A stretch of DNA of 64,000 nt from the human T2T-CHM13v2.0 reference genome, Homo sapiens (GCF_009914755.1 NC_060931.1); one strand, 5' to 3'; positions 19,240-38,863 are shown, numbered from the stretch's first letter. Made by a program: numbers and translations. Notes: generated by a model not told the origin, from the sequence alone.

Positions 19240-20450
19240 AAAGAAATGTATCTTTAACAAAAAATAAAATCCCCAAATCATAAACAAATAATAAAGTGTG
19301 ATTCCAAAGCACCGGAACTAATTTCTAAGTGGCCTCTGGCACCAATCTGGTTACTTTAATGCCACTTCACACATACTGTGAAGATGCATTCTATCGAAGA
19401 TGAGAAAGCAGTGCAGGCTCACACAGCTGACATCAAACAGTCTTTTCAGCAATGCCAATTTGGGGCCCTAAATGTCTTCAATTAGAGTGACATTCCCACA
19501 TTTTCCCTGCAACCGCAGTGTTCCATCCTTGTGTGCCCACCAGACTCATCAGGACCCATGATTAAGCCCTGCTGGGTACATGCACCAGTGTGAGCTAGAG
19601 ACAAGGAACTTAAGCAGCTGCTCAAAGTTGTAGGTTTCCTTTACTCCTCCAAGAAGTTACCAAAAACTCCCTGAAGGTGTGGCTTTCACAAGAATTAACA
19701 GATTTTAAACAGCTTTTTTCTGCTTCACTGCCAGAATTCAGTTGAAATACACTTTTTGACTGTTGACTTAAATGGAAAACAAAACGAAACCAAAAACTAA
19801 AAGAACAAAGTAGGACTAACAAACAGATTCAGGAAACAGGGTAACAGAAAAAAAGAAGAAAATTAACAATAACATTGCTCAGATCAGTATGACTATACTA
19901 CTCGGTTAGAAATGTTCCAAGTATTCATAGTGAACCATCCCATGTTTAATGAAAGTCACCAACACAACTAAGTCAACATGCTAAATGTGATTCAACCTGG
20001 TCTGAGCGTACGTTTGATGTGAACTTATCAGCCTGAATGTACTGCAGGGTTTTCTTGTATTGTGCTGGGGGGACTATATAAGCTACTACACTTGCTCGAT
20101 GTTGAGGTACTTCCTGTGCACACACTAAAGTTCCCTGTGTGAGTTTCCCAGGTGAGAATGTTTATAACAGAATAAGGGCTATCCAGGGGGGCAGGGGAGG
20201 CTCACAGACATGGAAGGGCTTCCTCAAAGTGGTGAGCAGAGGATGGATGACAGGCCAACTTATGCATGAAGTTCTTTGCATAAGGCGAGCAGAACACGTT
20301 TATGTGGGAATCTGCCAAGTAGCTGTGCATAAGGTTGAGATGGAATGTCCAAAGACACTTTTTGAGACAGGGTCTTGCTCTGTCACCCAGGCTGGAGTGC
20401 AGTGGCACAACCATGGCTCACTGCAGCCTTGACCTCCAGAGACCAAATGA

Positions 20451-20753
<303 letters not shown>

Positions 20754-21484
20754 TGATATGCCCGCCTCGGCCTCCCAAAGTGTTTTTTTTTTTGTTTTGT
20801 TTTTGTTTTCATTTTTGTAGAGACGGTGGTCTCTCTATGTTGCCCAGACTAGTCTCAAACTCCTGGGCTCAAGCAATCCTCCTGCCTAGGCCTCCCAAAG
20901 TGGTGGGATTACAGGCCTGAGCCATCGCACCTGGCCCAAGACACTTTAAATTCTCCTTCCTTCTCCTGGAGATAATTTTAGATTCTCTAGCACTATTCTC
21001 ATGTAAGAACTGTACAAATTTTTATTATAGTTTTTAGCTGAGTTGTTCTCAAATATAAGATCTAATGATTATTATCTATAGACATAGACTTTATGTTATT
21101 ATGTTTACTCACTATTTCCAATGTTTGTCGATGTCAGTGAACCCATTATAAATTCTAAAGGTAACTGTGTCTACTGAACTCTTTTTGTAAAACACCCAGA
21201 GCTATGCATAAAAATGAAAGCTATAAAAAGTACTTTTTAGGATGCTATTTAGAGCACTTAAGAAATGTTTTTCTGTTTAATTTTTTAACTTTTAAAAATA
21301 TATAAGCAAAATATTTTTTTAGCTGGCCATGGTGGCATACACCTGTAGTCCCAGCTACTCAGGAGGCTGAGGCAGGAGGATCGTTTGAGCCCAAGAGTTC
21401 AAGTACGGCCTGGGCAACATAGCAAGAGCCCCGTCTCTTAAAAAATAATTTAAAAAAAATTTTTTTATTTAAAATTAATGAGAG

Positions 21485-21649
21485 AGGCCTCTGGGAAGCT
21501 TGGCCTGGCCTCACGCCAGGCCGGCCTCTTCCCTTTGCTGAGTTTACCTTGTATCCTCTCACTGGAATAAATGACAGCCACACGTACTCTATGTTGAGTC
21601 CTCCTAGTTAATCACCAAACTAGGGGTGGTCTTGGGAACCCCCAACCCA
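21485..21649 (+). mobile_element. MER21-like LTR 3' fragment
   Basis: AATAAA followed by GAGTCCTCCTAG..GGGGTGGTCTTGGGAACCCC, resembling the recalled MER21 U5 end. Confidence 0.55.
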
Positions 21650-22143
21650 GTTACCTTAAAAATAAAGGCAGCCTTAGGCAGTACAACCAGAAATCTAGTG
21701 CCTAAATGAAATCCTATTTTTCTGTATATTGTTCAGGCTGTACCTGAAATCCCACAATTAGTGCTCAGTGTCACTAAACTACAGCTGAAGGAGCCAGGAA
21801 TGTTTTGCCTAAACAGAAACTTAGGGAGACAGGGAGGAATTTTCTTCAAAAGTTGAATAAAAATGTAAGCATCCACCTCACACAACAGTGAGTTTCTTCT
21901 GCCTGGAACTACTGAAGCAGAAGCTGGATGATTATCTTCCAAGAATGACAAAGAAAGATTCCAATCTGGGAGGTTAGGGTACGTGATCTCTCTAAGACCA
22001 CTTCCATCTTTAAGATTTATGATTCTGGGCCGGGAGCGGTGGCTCACACCTGTAATCCCAGCACTTTGGGAAGCCGAGGCAGGAGGATCACGAGGTCAAG
22101 AGATCAAGACCATCCTGGCCAACATGGTGAAACCCTGTCTCTA

Positions 22144-22373
<230 letters not shown>

Positions 22374-22826
22374 CTATGGGGAGGCCGAAGCAGGCAGATC
22401 ACTTGAGGTCAGGAATTAGACTAGCTTGGCCAACATGGCGAAACCCCTTCTCTACTAAAAATACAAAAATTAGCCAGGCTTGGTGGTGCATGCCTGTAAT
22501 CCCAGCTACTCAGGAGGCTGAGGCAGGAGAATCGCTTGATCCCAGGAGGTGGAGGTTGCAGTGAGCCGAGATCACGCCTGACTTCAAGGCACGTAAGCAA
22601 GATACAAACAAATGAAACAGGCTGGGCACAGTGGCTCCTATCTGTAATCCTAAAACTTTGGGAAGCCAAGGAAGGAAGATTGCTTGAGCCCAGTTCAAGA
22701 CCAGCCTGGGAAACACGGCAAGACCCTGTCTCTACAAAAAAATTTAAATTAAAAAAAGAAACAGGCCAGGCATGGTGGCTCATACCTGTAATCCCCACAC
22801 GTGGGGAGGCCGAGGCGGGCAGATCA

Positions 22827-23126
<300 letters not shown>

Positions 23127-23853
23127 TTAGTGAAGGGAAAAATCAGAAGTTGGGAAAAAACTTGATTGAAAACGTGGCATTTTACCCAGGCGTGATGGCT
23201 CACATTATAATCCCAACCCTTTGGGAGGCCAAGGCGGGTGGATTGCTTGAGCTCAGGAGTTCAAGACCAGCCTGGGCAACGTGGTGAAACCCCATCTCTA
23301 CAAAAAAAAAAAAAGATTAGCTGGGCATGGTGGTGCGCGACTGTAGTCCCAGCTACTCAGGGGGCTGAGGTGGGAGGATCGCTTGAGCCCAGAAGGTGGA
23401 GGTTGCAGAGATGTTTTCTGAGAGATCGTTCCACTCCAGCCTGGGCAACAGAATGATACTCTGTTTAAAAAAAAAAAAAAAAGTGATATTTTATCTTGAC
23501 ACAAAGAGAAAGGCAAACTTTAAATAGGTGGAAAAGGGCAAAAGAGCACATAAAAGATAATGTGCAAAATCTCAAAGACAGAAACGAGCACAGCACTAAC
23601 GAAAGCCAGTGAAAAAACAGCCTTGTCAAAAGGTGTGATTTCTCAACAGTTAGAAACAAGCCGGCTGGAGAGGTAAAATGGGACTGAGTCAGAGCAGGCT
23701 TTGAAATTAGAATAGTTTGGCTCTTATGTGATAGGAAACAGTGAGCCATTTCAGAGTCTAGGCAAGTAAAAGATGCAAAAAAGAGCTTAAGAACAATCTA
23801 GGGGTGGGCACGGTCTCCTACTTCGATCCATCCCAGCACTCTGTTCTGCTTAC

Positions 23854-23962
23854 CTCCACAGGCAGCTCAACTGACGTGTTAAAAGCACTTGGGGTCCACT
23901 GCTCAGAGATACTGACTTTGACATTGCTAAATGTTTTTCGTGAAGCATGGAGCAACGAATAA
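23854..23962 (-). CDS. SLC37A3: SLC37A3 exon 3 (YSLLHASRKTFSNVKVSISEQWTPSAFNTSVELPVE)
   Basis: 109 nt, ttttgtag acceptor, GAG|GTAAGC donor; 89+109=198 restores frame; contains the SLC37/GlpT-type TM1 motif YxxxHxSRK. Confidence 0.96.
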
Positions 23963-24990
23963 CTACAAAATAGAGAGAATACAGATGAATGAATAGCAAA
24001 GAGAAACAGCATTCAATAAAATCACAGGTATAGGCCCATTTCTTTTATTCAATTTTATTTTATTTTATTTGGTGGGCAGCCACCTGAACCAAAATAGATT
24101 CAGAGAGGCTCTCTCAATTTTATTTCTTTTTATTTTTTGAGACAGGATCTCGCTCTGTCACTCAAGCTAGAGTGCAGTTATGATCATAGCTCACTAGGCT
24201 TCACCTCCTGGGCTCAAGCCAGCCTCCCAGCCCAGCCTGAGTAGCTGGGATTACAGGGGCACTCTACCACGCCCAGTGCACCTGTCATCTTAGCTACTTA
24301 GGCTACTCAGGCTACAAAAATTTCTGTATTTTTTGCAGCGACAGAGTCTTGCTATGTTGCCCAGGATGGTCTCAAACTCCTGGGCTCAAGCGATCCTCCC
24401 ACCACTTGGCTTCCCAAATTGCCAGGATTATAAGCATGACACTGAACAATTTTAGAATTCTTCTTCTTCTTTTTTTTTTTTTTTTTGAGACAGAGTCTCG
24501 CTCTGTTGCCCAGGCTGGAGTGCAGTGCTGTGATCTCAGCTCACTGCAAACTCAGCCTCCTGGATTCAAGCCAATTCTCCTGCCTCAGCCTCCCGAGTAG
24601 CTGGGATCACAGGCACGTGCCATCACGCCCAGCTGATTTTTGTATTTTTAGGAGAGACGGGGTTTCACCATGTTGGCCAGGTTGGTCTCGAACTCCTGAC
24701 CTCAGGTGATCCACCCACCTCGGCCTCCCAAAGTGCTGGGATTACAGGCATGAGCCACCGTGCCTGGCCAAGAATTCTTCTCTTTAAAAAAAAAAAAAGG
24801 ATGAGCCAAGCACGGTGGCTCACGCCTATAGTCCCAGCACTTTGGGAGGCTGAGGTGGGAGGATTGCTTGAGCCCAGGAGTTCAAGACCAGCCTAGGCAA
24901 CATAAGAAGACTTCATCTCTACAAATAATAATAATAAAAAATAATAATAAGCCAGGCATGGTGGCTCATGGTTGTGGTCCCAGCTACTCA

Positions 24991-25212
<222 letters not shown>

Positions 25213-25389
25213 CTAACACCCAATGGCCTGATGTATGCTATGTTACTAAGAGAACCACTTAAGATCACCTTTGTTCTCCAGCTCCTGCTTTTAACAAATA
25301 GAGGACTTCTCTCTCCAAACAGGGTGATGAAAATAAACGCCTGTAATCCCAGCACTTTGGGAGGCCGAGGTGGGCAGATTACGAAGTCA

Positions 25390-25865
<476 letters not shown>

Positions 25866-26009
25866 TATTACAGCTATCAAGACTACAACAGAAGGAATAA
25901 CTAACATTATAAGTGTATGCCCATCAGTGCATTTGACACTTGCCATGCAATATCTCCCTCAAAAGAAAAAAGAAAAAAAGCAGGAGAGCAGCTTTGGCAA
26001 CATGCTTAC

Positions 26010-26098
26010 CTGAAGAAAGTGAGCAGGAACACTACAACATGATGATGGCTGAACTGGGACAGCAGAGACCCTCTTTGAAAAACATTTGGCCAGGCCAT
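26010..26098 (-). CDS. SLC37A3: SLC37A3 exon 2 coding part (MAWPNVFQRGSLLSQFSHHHVVVFLLTFFS); whole exon 26010-26168
   Basis: ATG at 26098 in strong context (AACATGG); acceptor tttccag at 26169-26170; donor AG|GTAAGC; 89 nt, phase 2; matches the recalled SLC37A3 N-terminus. Confidence 0.95.
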
Positions 26099-27176
26099 GT
26101 TCTTCCTGACCTTCCTTCTCACCTTTGACCTTAAGGTTTGGATGAGTGATTTACATCATTTCTTCCTTCTGGAAAGACAAAACACATTATGGACATTATT
26201 AAACATAGGCAGAGTATCCAAAAACTGTATTATTTAGATTTACAGTCACCATATAATCAGGCCTTGTGGGAAAAAAATCTTATGGCCTAGTTGACACCAG
26301 AAAACTGGATTAGTAATTATGTTAAAGCTATTAGGTAGTTCTTAAAAAAAAAAAAAAAATCCTGGACAAAAGATTATATCTTAATAGAAAGAGCTCATAC
26401 AAACTGATAAGAAAATCACTCATTCTTATAGAAAAAATGAGCAAAGGAAATAGACAACTCAGAAGAAATGAAATGGCTATTAAACTTGAGAAATAAAAGT
26501 TCAATCCCACTAGTAATATTAGAAATGTAATTAAGGCAAGAAAGCGTTTGGATAGTTAAAGAAGATTGTGCTCAATGCAGCTCAGGGTATAATGGTTCCT
26601 GAACTCCCATATGCTACTGAAAGAAGTAAAAATTAGTATAATATCATAGGAGGACAATCTAGCCATGTTCATCAAGAGTGTTTGACACAAAAATTCAATT
26701 TCTGGGCTGCTCTCTCTATGCAGTAGCTGCCCTTTTATTCCTTTACTTTTGAATAAGCTTGCTTTCACTTAAAAAAAAAAAAAAGAATTTCCAGGGATCT
26801 ATTCCTTAAAAAATACAGATGTGTTTAGGCCTATAAACAAAAGTATTTTTCACAAAGTGTTGGAGGAGATTTTTAATATTAAAAGAAAGAAGGAGCTGGG
26901 CACAATGGCTCACACCTGTAGTACCCCAGCTACTGGAGAGGCTGAGACAGGAAGATCCCTTGAGTCCAGGAGTTCGAGGTTACAGTGAGCTATGATCACG
27001 CCACTGCAGTCAACCCTGGGCAACAAAGTGAGACCCCTGACTCTAAGCAAAACAAAACAAAATGATTAAATACAATGTTCTAAATGATCTTCTATTGCCT
27101 TGAGGTGAGGTCCCACTGCAAGACTCTGGGCAAGCTGCCTAACCCCTGTCTGCCCCCCAGTATCTCCCCAAAATGA

Positions 27177-27500
<324 letters not shown>

Positions 27501-27994
27501 TGACCTCCAAAAGTGCTGGGATTACAGGCATAAGGCACTGTGCCTGGCCCCAATGCCTTTTCATTTGACTGTACTCTCTAAAAGCTGCACCCATGCTCTG
27601 ATATCCAAGAACAATTACGCATAAAGTAAGCAGCTAAACTTAATGTCTCCAGTTATGAGTCTGCAGAACCAATCCAAATATACAACAATAGGGGAATAAT
27701 TAAATAAATTATGGTATGTCTGAATGGCTGAATCATTTATAATCATTTGTCACGAAGACTTTTTAATGACATGAGAAAATGTCAAGTGAAAAAAAGTGGG
27801 AGCCGGTTATAAATCTAATTAACTGTGTTCACATAATACTTACAAATAAATAGGGAATATAGTAGTTCTCTCCGGGTAGTGAAATGATGGATAATTTTAA
27901 TTTTCTTCTATATACTTTCTTAAAAAGCCTATAATAAACATCTATATAATTTTTATAATGGAAGGGAAACACCCACAGCATTAGAAAAGTACTA

Positions 27995-28159
<165 letters not shown>

Positions 28160-29319
28160 TCATGTCTATGGTCCCAGCTACTCAGGAGGCTAAGGCAGGA
28201 GGATTGCTTGAGCCCAGGGGTTCAAGGAGGCAGGGAGCTATGATCGCACCATTGCACTCCAGCCTGTACCACAGGGTAAGACCTTGCCTGCCCCCCGCCG
28301 CACCAAAAAAAGTAATGTAATTTATCCTCATATTCAAGGGAAAAAATCCACAAAATGGCTTGTATGATAAATCTACAACAGTAGTCAAGGTAGGGAACAC
28401 ATTCAAGAGCTCCAATACTCAAGAAAGAATCACAGGGCTTGGCTCTCAGATCTATGTTCACTGGAACTGTTACACTACTTATTTTCACTAGCCACAGCTC
28501 AACAGATGCACCCAAACCTTAAAGACTAAGAGACCCAGCAGAAAGGCCATTCTTGCAACTTGTAGATAAAAGAAACAAAGTTGAGGTGGTTACAATTATG
28601 TACACATGACAGTTGTTTTCCTTACTAGCTGTTAGCCCCTGGGACAAGCCATGCTCTATAAATCATAAGTGGTCATCCATAAAATGGCTTATTTCATTTG
28701 AGAGTTGTAAGGCTAAAAGTAACAATGTATGTGACATATTCAGATAATTATATTAGCCACTGATCTGCCAAGGATTAATTCCAAATCAGTAGAATTTAGC
28801 TAATTTCATTTTAAAGTCATTCTTCTTGGGAAATGTTAATAAAATTACATGCAGAGTAGGACTATAAAATTCCACTCACAAAATGTAAATAAACTTCCTG
28901 TCTGTAATTCCAGGAAGTTACAAAAACAAGAACTACTAGTGTTATGACTAAATTTACTTCCATCCTGAAAATTAAACATGAAACCCAAGTGGAAAAACTC
29001 AAAACTTTAATCATTCTCTATGAATCGTAGCTCTTTGAACTGGACACCTTCCCACCTCAAAACACTGTAGTATGTACTCCAGGAAAGGGCATGGGATATG
29101 AAATTCAATGATGTATCATGTAAAATCATAATTCCAAAAATAAATGCTCCAACAGATTGAAATTACAGTACATTGGCAATAGAGCTGCATAACCTAGGGC
29201 TGTACAGTTATATTAATAGCTTTAAAAAACTACCAAGACATTTGAGGCCATTTGGATGTAGTTTCTAAATAGACCATCTTTTCCTAAGCTATAATGATTG
29301 GGGAGAAAAGGCTTAATAA

Positions 29320-29745
<426 letters not shown>

Positions 29746-30350
29746 TGACCTCTCAGGCTCAAGCAATTCTTTGGGAATACAGGCGCACATGCCACCACAT
29801 CCAGCTTATTTTTTGTATTTATGTTAAGTCAGGGTTTTGCCATGTTGTCCAGGCTGGTCTTGAATTCCTGGCCTCGGGGAATCCTTCCGCCTCAGCCTTC
29901 CAAAGTGCTGAGACTACAAGCGTGAGCCACCTCGCCCAGGAAAATAGTTTTAAACATTCACCTGCTGTGTGCATAATGACATTTAAGACGAATACTACGA
30001 CATTTGGTCCTATGCAATTACAATAATAATAATAATAATAATAATAATACCTTGCACATGTATCCTATCTATCACAGAAGTGATTTCCAATCATCCATGA
30101 GCTCAGGGACCCTGGGGTGTACAGGAGTTTTTGTCAAGTCTGAGTCCATCAAGCACATCCTACTTTTTGAAGAATACTCTCTTTACCACTCTAAATACAC
30201 ACTGAACAAATGTGTAACATTTTTCAAGTATGTGTAAATGCTGTTATAATTAATAAAACCAAATTTCAAAACCAAATTTCATTTCAGTGTTTCTGAATTC
30301 ACTGTAGCTTGTCATTTAGTATTTTCTCAATCGGTGAATTTTTATTTTTT

Positions 30351-30479
30351 AAAGCCTACAGCACCCGGTATTCCCAGGCAGTGTCCCACCCAAGCACTAA
30401 CCAGACCCCACCATACCTAGCTTCCAAAGTCAGACAAGGCAGGCCATGTTCAGGGTGGTATGCAGGTATGGTTGTAGAC
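30351..30479 (-). pseudogene. Full-length diverged 5S rRNA retropseudogene
   Basis: Reverse complement of 5S from AAAGCCTACAGCACCCGGTATTCCCAGG to GTAGAC, with a small GGTATG duplication near the 5' end and an A-rich tail (T-rich 30339-30350 on +). Confidence 0.92.
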
Positions 30480-30899
30480 TCTATTAATGAATACTGAATA
30501 CACAATTATCAACCGATATTTGTCAGCAACAAGAATTTTAACATTATAGTATTTTTAATTGACAAATACAATTATATATATTTATCATGTACAACACATT
30601 TTAAAATATGTGCACATTGTGGAATGACTCAATCAAGCTAGTTAATAAATCCATTACCTCACTACTTATTTTTTATGGTGAGAAAACTTAAAATCTACTC
30701 TTTTAGCAATTTTCAAAATCGAGTACATTGTCATTAACTATAGTCACCGGTAGGGCACAGTGGCTCACAGTGGCTCACAGGCCTGTAATATCAGCAATTT
30801 GGGAGGCCGAGGCGGGTGGATTGCTGGAGTTCAGGAGTCTCAGACCAGCCTGGGCAACACAGCAAAACCCCATCTCTACAAAAAAATACAAAAATATTA

Positions 30900-32037
<1,138 letters not shown>

Positions 32038-33141
32038 GTCGGGTGTGATGGCACAAGCCTATAGTCCCAGCCACTCCAGAGACTGAGATGGGAGGATCAC
32101 CTGGGAGTTAGAGGCTCAGTGAGCCGTGATTGTGCCACTGCACTCCAGCCTGGGTGACAGAGTGAGGGCCTGTCTCAAAAAAGCAAAACCTATAGTCACC
32201 ATATTGTACAATAGATCTCTTCAACTTATTCCTCCTAACTGAAATTTTGTATCCTTTGGCCAACATCTCCCCAAACCCCCATTAGAATTATTTTAAAAGA
32301 CAAAAAAAAAATCCTTGTTAAAAATAAGATTCTGGACAGACATGGTGGCTCATGCCTGAAATTCCAGTAATTTGGGAGGTCGAGGTGGGAGGACTACTTG
32401 AGCCCAGGAGTTTGAGACCAGCCTGGGAAACATGGCAAAACCCCGTTTCCAGAAAAAATACAAAAAGTAGCCAGGTGTGGTGGTGCGTGCCTGTAGTCCC
32501 AGCTACTCAGGAGGCTGAGATGGGAGAATCACTTGAGCCTGGGAGGTAGCGGTTTCAGTGAGCCGAGATTGTGCCACTGCATTCCAGCCTGCACGACAGA
32601 GTGAGACCCTGTACCAAAAAAAAGAGAAAGGATTCCTTTGCTTCCATTCTCTCCAGAAAAAAAAAAAAATACTGGCAAGATTCTTGCCATCAAATAAAAT
32701 CCAGAAAACCATTGGCCAGGCATGGTGGCTCACGTCTGGAATCCCAGCACTTTGGGAGGCTGAGACAGGAGGATCACGAAGTCAGGGGTTCGAGACCAGC
32801 CTGGCCAACATGGCGAAACCCCGTCTCTACCAAAAATACAAAAATTAGTTGGGCGTGGTAGCGGGCGCTTGTAATCCCAGCTACTCAGGAGGCTGAGGCA
32901 GGAGAATCGCTTGAACCTGAGAGGCAGAGGTTGCAGTGCCAAGATCATGCCACTGCACTCCAGCCTGGGCAACAAGAGCAAGACTCCATCTTTAAAAAAA
33001 AAAAATCCAGAACCATTAAGCCATCTTCTACTTTCCAAAGCAAGTTCACAATCACTAACTTGTGATTTTTATAGTGAAGTTTTTCTTAGTCCTAGAAGAC
33101 TACCCATTAAAAATGGTAATTTCCAGAATGGAACACAATAG

Positions 33142-33852
33142 TGAAACCGCCTTTGCAAAACTATAACTGAGGAAATTATGACAGTGAAAGAAATCAGAAC
33201 TAACTGGCTCTAGCTTGCTTTTAACCCTTAAGGAAGGTCCTTGTTCATTCCTGGGCATAGGCTGAACTAACTTTAGGAAGGAATTCAGTTCATGGTTTGA
33301 CACTGAAACAAAACTGATAACAGACCCCCTTCTTGCCTGGGGTCCAGTCTGCCTCTGCAGGACTAACGAATTAGCTACAAGATTAGAAATTACAATTTAG
33401 GGGTCATGCAACCTCTGGGGTCTGAACCTCCCCAAATTGCTCCTGGGGATAACATCACTATTGTAAAACCTAAGATCAGTGCTGGAGATATTTTGTAGAC
33501 CCTGCACTCGATAGATCAGCCGACACCACCCAGACCGGTAATCTGGCTCAACCAGCTCTGCCATCCCACCAGGGAACAGAAGACAGAGAGAAAGACTCAC
33601 TTCAGCCCCCAGTGACTCCTTCTCCAACCTGACCAATCAGCACTCCCTACTTCCCAAGCCCCTACCCGCCAAATTATTTTTAAAAACTCTGATCCCCGAC
33701 TGCTCGGGGAGACTGATTTGAGTAATAATAAAACTCCCATCTCCTGCAAAGCCGGCTCTGTGAGAACCACTGTTTTGCCATTGCAGTTCCCCTGTCTTGA
33801 TAAATTGGCTCTGTCTAGGCAGCAGGCAAGGTGAACCCACTGGGCGGTTACA
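33142..33852 (+). mobile_element. Solo ERV1 LTR (LTR8 family)
   Basis: TG...CA termini (TGAAACCGCCTTTGCAAAA ... GGGCGGTTACA), AATAAA 33727-33732, perfect 4-bp TSD ATAG (33138-33141 / 33853-33856). Confidence 0.9.
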
Positions 33853-35382
33853 ATAGTGCGCAATCACTGCTAAGTAAAAGATGACTTCGCACTGCAGCAA
33901 CACGTCCAGGTGGAAGGCAACGCTGCCTTCTACAACGCTGCTTTGGGATATAAAATTTCCCCCAATTATTATTTCTAATTTCACTTTCTATAGTGGTATT
34001 TAGAGTCCTTTCCAACCCAAATTCAAAGCTGTTCTTCAGAGGCCAAGGCAAGAGGATCATTTGAGGCCAGTAGTTCAATATCAGCCTGGGCAACAGACCC
34101 CGTCTCTACAACAAATTTAAAATTTCGCCAGATGGGGTGGCATGCACTGTAGTCCTAGCTACTGGGGAGGCTGAGGCAGGAGGATCACTTGAGGCCAGGC
34201 CTTCAAGGCTACAGTGAGCTATGATGATGCCACCACAGTCCTGCCTAGGTGACAGAGGAAAATCCTGCCTCAAAAAACAAAACAAAACAAAAAAACCCAA
34301 CTGTCTCGTATTAGGAACTCTCTGAAGAAAGTCTACTGCAGAGTGGGCAGGGGAGTGGTCAGCAGTAAAAGAGATGACATACATGAAGCTACCACATACC
34401 CACTCTGCCCCATTCATCTCATCTGCCCAGTCTTCCCACACACCCCACCCCCAGCCCTTTTGACCATGCTCTCTGGAAACAGAGATACACGGTTAGCAAG
34501 CCTCGTATCTTTCCTCTCTAGAAACCTAGTTACATGGTTAGCAGGCACTATATCCTCACAAGACTCCGGGTGCTCCCTATACCTTCACTTCCCCTAAGGC
34601 CTTTCAAGAGGTGCAATCTTCCCTCCCCCAACCTACATGCCTCAAGGACACAAGCGTTCCATGTTCTCTTTGTTCCCCAAGGCCGTTTCTGGGCCGCTCT
34701 CTTCTTGCCAAGACCCCAGCTTCTTTGAAACTCACACCTTGGGGCTCTATAGCCTGCTGTTCCCCATAGATGTCAGGGACTGATCTCCCTCGCACTCCCG
34801 TCCCATGGTCACCCAACCTCCATCCCCACCGCCAGGTGGATAAGCTCCCTCCTGGGCCTTTTCAGTTCCGGTTCTCTTCACCACCACCCTTCTCCTCCAT
34901 CCCCCAATAAAAACCCACACAAGGCTGAAGCCTGGTAGCTGGATTTCAAATCTTCTACTTCCTTTCCTTGCAGATCACTTACCTGAATATACCACACCTC
35001 AACAGTCATCTGACCTCAACAAGGCTCCCAATTCAGTAGCCTTGTTTTTCCCTCATCCATCCCCCTCCTGTCCTCATTTCCTGCCTTACCAACTTAGAAT
35101 CTACAGTGCCCTTCCTTGTCTCTGTCCTCCTCCTTCCCTGCACCAAAGCAGCTGAGTTTTGCCACAGAAAAATCACTCAAGCAGGCTGATTTCACTTTTT
35201 AGATTCAAAACCACAAACCTCAAAGGGCATGCAACACTGCCCAGCAAGCCTACCACACTTCCCAGTAATTTTGCTTTCTCAACCTGTGACAGCGATTTCA
35301 CACTTCTCTTTTTAAACTTCCAACATCTTTCTCTCCTCCTTCCTCTGGTATCATACCTTTATGTCAACAATTCCCAGATTCA

Positions 35383-36442
<1,060 letters not shown>

Positions 36443-37055
36443 ACCCTTGGTATTCCCTATCTCAGCAAAGGTACTGCCATTCCTTATAGTCAACCAAGGT
36501 AACTATGAGGTAGCCTTTACTTCTTTTCCCTTAACTTCTACATCCAACCCATTACTAAATCCAGTCCTTTTCACCTCCAAAATATATCCCAAATCCCAGC
36601 CTCCAGATGGATAAGCTCACTCCCCAGCCTCTCGGTTCTGGTCCTCTTCACCGCCACCCTCTTCTCTCCATCCTCACTGCCACCGCCCTAAGATAAACCA
36701 CCAGCAGCATCTCCTACCTGCCTACCTTGACAGCTTCTGCTTAAAACCCTTTACTGCCTTCCCAAGACTGAGACAAAAAGACAGATTCTTTGCCACAGCC
36801 TTTAAAGCCTGTCTAACCTCTGCAGGTAAATAGGACGCTTAGGGCTGGGGAGGGACAGGGCTGACAGATGGGTTGGTACAGATGGAGGAGGAGCCTGCCT
36901 GAGCCAATATCTAAACTGCAGAGGTTGGGTTTTGTTTTATTTCATTACTTTTCAACTGGTATTATATGCCTAAGGTATAAATCAAAAGATATGGCTGGGT
37001 GCAGTGGCTCACACCTGTAATCTCAGCATTTTGGGAGGCTGAGGTGGGCGGATCA

Positions 37056-37365
<310 letters not shown>

Positions 37366-37962
37366 TCAGGGGCACAATCTGTGCCTCTGCACACATACCA
37401 GGCAGAGCCCCCAAGATCACACATGCAAGCACACAGCACACACTATCTGTTGTGCATTTTCTTCACTTGCCAGAGGTTGGAGGTCCATCCATATCAGCAC
37501 CTGCAGAGCTGAACACGTGCGCCGTCCTCACTGACATGAAGGAATCTTTAGATATTTAACCAGGCCCCCACTGGGCAGCTGGGTGGTTCCCAATCCTTTG
37601 CCAGGCCGCCTGGTGAGGATCTAGCTTGTCTCCTTTCTACTGTGCCCACCTACCTCCCACCCTCACCAACACCAACTCCCCACACCAAATCCCTCTCCTG
37701 TCCCTGAACCCATCAAGCCTCCTCTTGCTTCGGGCTTTGTGTTTGTTCTTCCACGAGAGGAGTGTTTTTGTCCTGCTTCTTGGCAAATGGCTTGCTCCTT
37801 CCTTTTCTTGGCTAGTCAATGAAATGTCACCCCCTAGAGTGAGCTCCCTGATAACCCTATCTAAAATGGTCTCCCCTGGTTACTACCTCTCTCATCTCTT
37901 TCGCCATTTCTTTCCTTCAGAGCATCTCTCCCAGTTATCTGGTTTAATTGTTTCCATGTCTA

Positions 37963-38376
<414 letters not shown>

Positions 38377-38475
38377 TCAATGAATTGGTTGACTGACAGC
38401 AGAACACTGAATGCTTACAAAGTACTAGGCACCATGCTAGGTACCTACCATGCATTACTGCATTTAGTTCTCTCA

Positions 38476-38863
<388 letters not shown>

